Assembly (NCBI GenBank): GCA_947594335.1
Contig: CANQEC010000001.1
Location: forward strand, 1 to 46,747
Length of the DNA stretch: 46,747 nt
Source of the DNA: an uncultured Lachnospiraceae bacterium
Lineage (GTDB): Bacteria > Bacillota > Clostridia > Lachnospirales > Lachnospiraceae
Direction of reading: 5' to 3'
Shown here one piece after another: positions 45,115-46,747 of this stretch. How positions within the stretch are numbered: position 1 is the stretch's first letter; each line of letters begins with the position of its first letter. The notes below the pieces were generated by a model. That model was not told the origin of the DNA. It saw only the letters and a list, made by a program, of their open reading frames with translations, and made no database searches. A program made the position numbers and the translations under genes.

Positions 45115-46134
45115 TCAGGAATTCAGAAGCCGCCGTTCAAGCTGGCTGTAATCGTACTCCCGCTGATTGAAATTGTTGAAACGGTTGTTGTTTTCTGTCT
45201 TTGGCCGGGGCTGCTTCTGTTTGTCCTTCTGTTCCGCCAGATGTTTTTTGTCAAGCGCTACGATGTCGGCGGATGACCGGACTCCCTGTTTTTTCCAGAG
45301 CTCCAGGATTTTGTTCGCGTACTGGAAATTCGGCTGGTGCGTCTGCAGGATCGTGCGGCGGCAGGCTTCCAGGATGATGTCGAGCGAGTAGCCGAGCTCA
45401 TTGAGCCAGTAGGACATCGTTTTGATTTCCGGCGCGGCGGGATTCCTGCCCTTAATGCCGAAGGCGTTCATAATCGAAAAATAATTTTTGTTGTACAGAT
45501 TTGTCTCTTCTCTTGCCTGTGAGACCGTCGTGATCCCCGCCTCCGCCCAGGCGAGCGCCACCTTGCGCATATAATGGCGGCTGGAAGAACCTTTGGAGAT
45601 ACAGTATTCCAGCAGATACTCGATCAGGTCGGCGGAGAAGTGGAGCGAGTCGTAGTAGTACAGCAGATCCTCCTGCTCGGATGAGGAGAGAGGACGCTGA
45701 AGGTACTGTTCCGCGACAAAAAAGAGCTGCCGGATATCCGCGTTTTCCCTGAGCGCGTCCATCCGGTCCCGGTTCGGAACCTGGGGGCGGCCGGCGTCCC
45801 GCGGTCCTTCAGAGACGACAGATGCGGAAGCGGGCGCGGCTTCCAGAACCGCGGGATCTCCGAATGTGATATCCTGGATCGTGCCGTCAGGGGAGCAGTT
45901 CATCTGCAGAAGATTTACTTTTTCCCAGTAGGCCAGCGCGCGGCGCAGATCCTTCTCCGTGTATTCCAGCGCATCCGCGACGGAGGAGAGAGTAAGCTCC
46001 ATGTTTCCTCCCGCGCAGCGCAGCAGATAAAGGTAGACTTTGACGTATTCACCGTTTGCCTGCAGCATATAGTGATCAATAAAGGTGTTCTGAACCAGGG
46101 TAGCTCCGGACGGAGCAGTCGTATATAATCTCAT
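45115..46134 (-). CDS. dnaD: DnaD-domain replication protein
   Basis: 'NTFIDHYM..ANGEYVKVYLYLLR'; two DnaD domains ('YMRKVALAW', 'YANKILELW'); GGGAGG RBS before ATG 46134. Confidence 0.88.
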   Translation of the reverse strand: MRLYTTAPSGATLVQNTFIDHYMLQANGEYVKVYLYLLRCAGGNMELTLSSVADALEYTEKDLRRALAYWEKVNLLQMNCSPDGTIQDITFGDPAVLEAAPASASVVSEGPRDAGRPQVPNRDRMDALRENADIRQLFFVAEQYLQRPLSSSEQEDLLYYYDSLHFSADLIEYLLEYCISKGSSSRHYMRKVALAWAEAGITTVSQAREETNLYNKNYFSIMNAFGIKGRNPAAPEIKTMSYWLNELGYSLDIILEACRRTILQTHQPNFQYANKILELWKKQGVRSSADIVALDKKHLAEQKDKQKQPRPKTENNNRFNNFNQREYDYSQLERRLLNS

Positions 46135-46252
46135 GATCAGCCTCCCATAATTCAACGACAGAGTCTTTGTGGTCCTGTGGTTGGAACCTTCGGATATGAG
46201 TATAACATATCACAGAGAAAAAGAGAACAGGAACCTTCGCGGCGGGGATTTT

Positions 46253-46480
46253 TGTGGATAATGTGGATAAGAAGTTGACAATAAAAAATCAAAGATGCGT
46301 AAAACAGCGGTAAAAGGGGAAGTATGTCGGAATATTATGTAAATCAGATTATCCACAAAGTAATCCACAGGATGTGGAAAGAAAAATGTGCATAAGTCTG
46401 TGGATAATGTGGATAACTTTAAACAAGTCAGCATTTCCGCAGTGTTTTTCGGTGGATTTAAAGGGATATGCGGTGGATAA
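46253..46480. promoter_or_regulatory. DnaA-box cluster
   Basis: Perfect TTATCCACA (either strand) at 46253, 46262, 46349, 46399 and 46408; near matches at 46361, 46373, 46387 and 46472. Confidence 0.9.
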
Positions 46481-46537
46481 GCAGGTGGGAAATGTTGAGA
46501 AAAAAATTTTGTCTTGCGGGAGATAACTTCCTATACG

Positions 46538-46577
46538 AGAAACCTCCGGGAGGATATTTGGAAATCCTGCCCGGAGG
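46538..46577 (-). terminator. Probable murC terminator
   Basis: Minus strand cctccgggcagga..tcctcccggagg-tttct. Confidence 0.55.
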
Positions 46578-46664
46578 CGTCTGAGATCATATTGTACAGT
46601 TTAGCGGAGCCGGATAAAACGCGCATGTCACTGTCGTTTCGGCAGATACGGCTAAAAGCGCATC

Positions 46665-46747
46665 TCACTGTCGCTTCAGCAGATCCTCTCCGACCTTTAC
46701 GATATCGCCGGCGCCCATCGTGATGACAAGATCGCCGGGCGCGCAGT
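46665..46747 (-). CDS. murC: Partial CDS (3' end only), UDP-N-acetylmuramate--L-alanine ligase
   Basis: Minus-strand translation CAPGDLVITMGAGDIVKVGEDLLKRQ*, the classic MurC C-terminal motif; absent from the ORF track. Confidence 0.8.
   Translation of the reverse strand, partial: CAPGDLVITMGAGDIVKVGEDLLKRQ

Noticed and set aside
46253-46480. oriC
   Set aside because: No adjacent dnaA/dnaN and no visible DnaA-trio or unwinding element; kept only as a DnaA-box cluster.

Overview
A mostly core-chromosome segment of a GC-rich, spore-forming Clostridia member; gene content and style suggest Lachnospiraceae. Left to right: DUF5711-like partial CDS, CvpA, an MBL hydrolase, a Trp-specific T-box controlling a TrpXYZ-type ABC importer, a TPR protein, a five-gene hybrid transporter operon (giant solute-binding protein, two MalF/G-type permeases, a membrane-fusion protein and a MacB-like protein), folC, spoIIAA-spoIIAB-sigF, a CE4 deacetylase, a two-subunit fumarate hydratase, purL, a giant CapA-domain protein, an apparently catalytically dead RAYT/Y1-transposase homologue, PAP2, tRNA-Gln(CUG), a thioesterase, cvfB, spoVAA/AB, and a nucleic-acid repair cluster (ABC-type ATPase, Mre11/SbcD-like, membrane-anchored Rad50-like, nfo). 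The minus strand then carries prs, a helicase loader, dnaD, a dense DnaA-box cluster and the murC 3' end. There is no CRISPR array, prophage or intact IS. The strongest leads are: (1) the intact HUH-transposase-fold gene lacking both catalytic motifs; (2) a covarying two-hairpin dispersed repeat with at least 5 loci, usually just behind terminators; and (3) the importer/exporter chimeric ABC operon under a 4x11-bp repeat promoter. All family calls come from motif recognition by eye; no database search was run.
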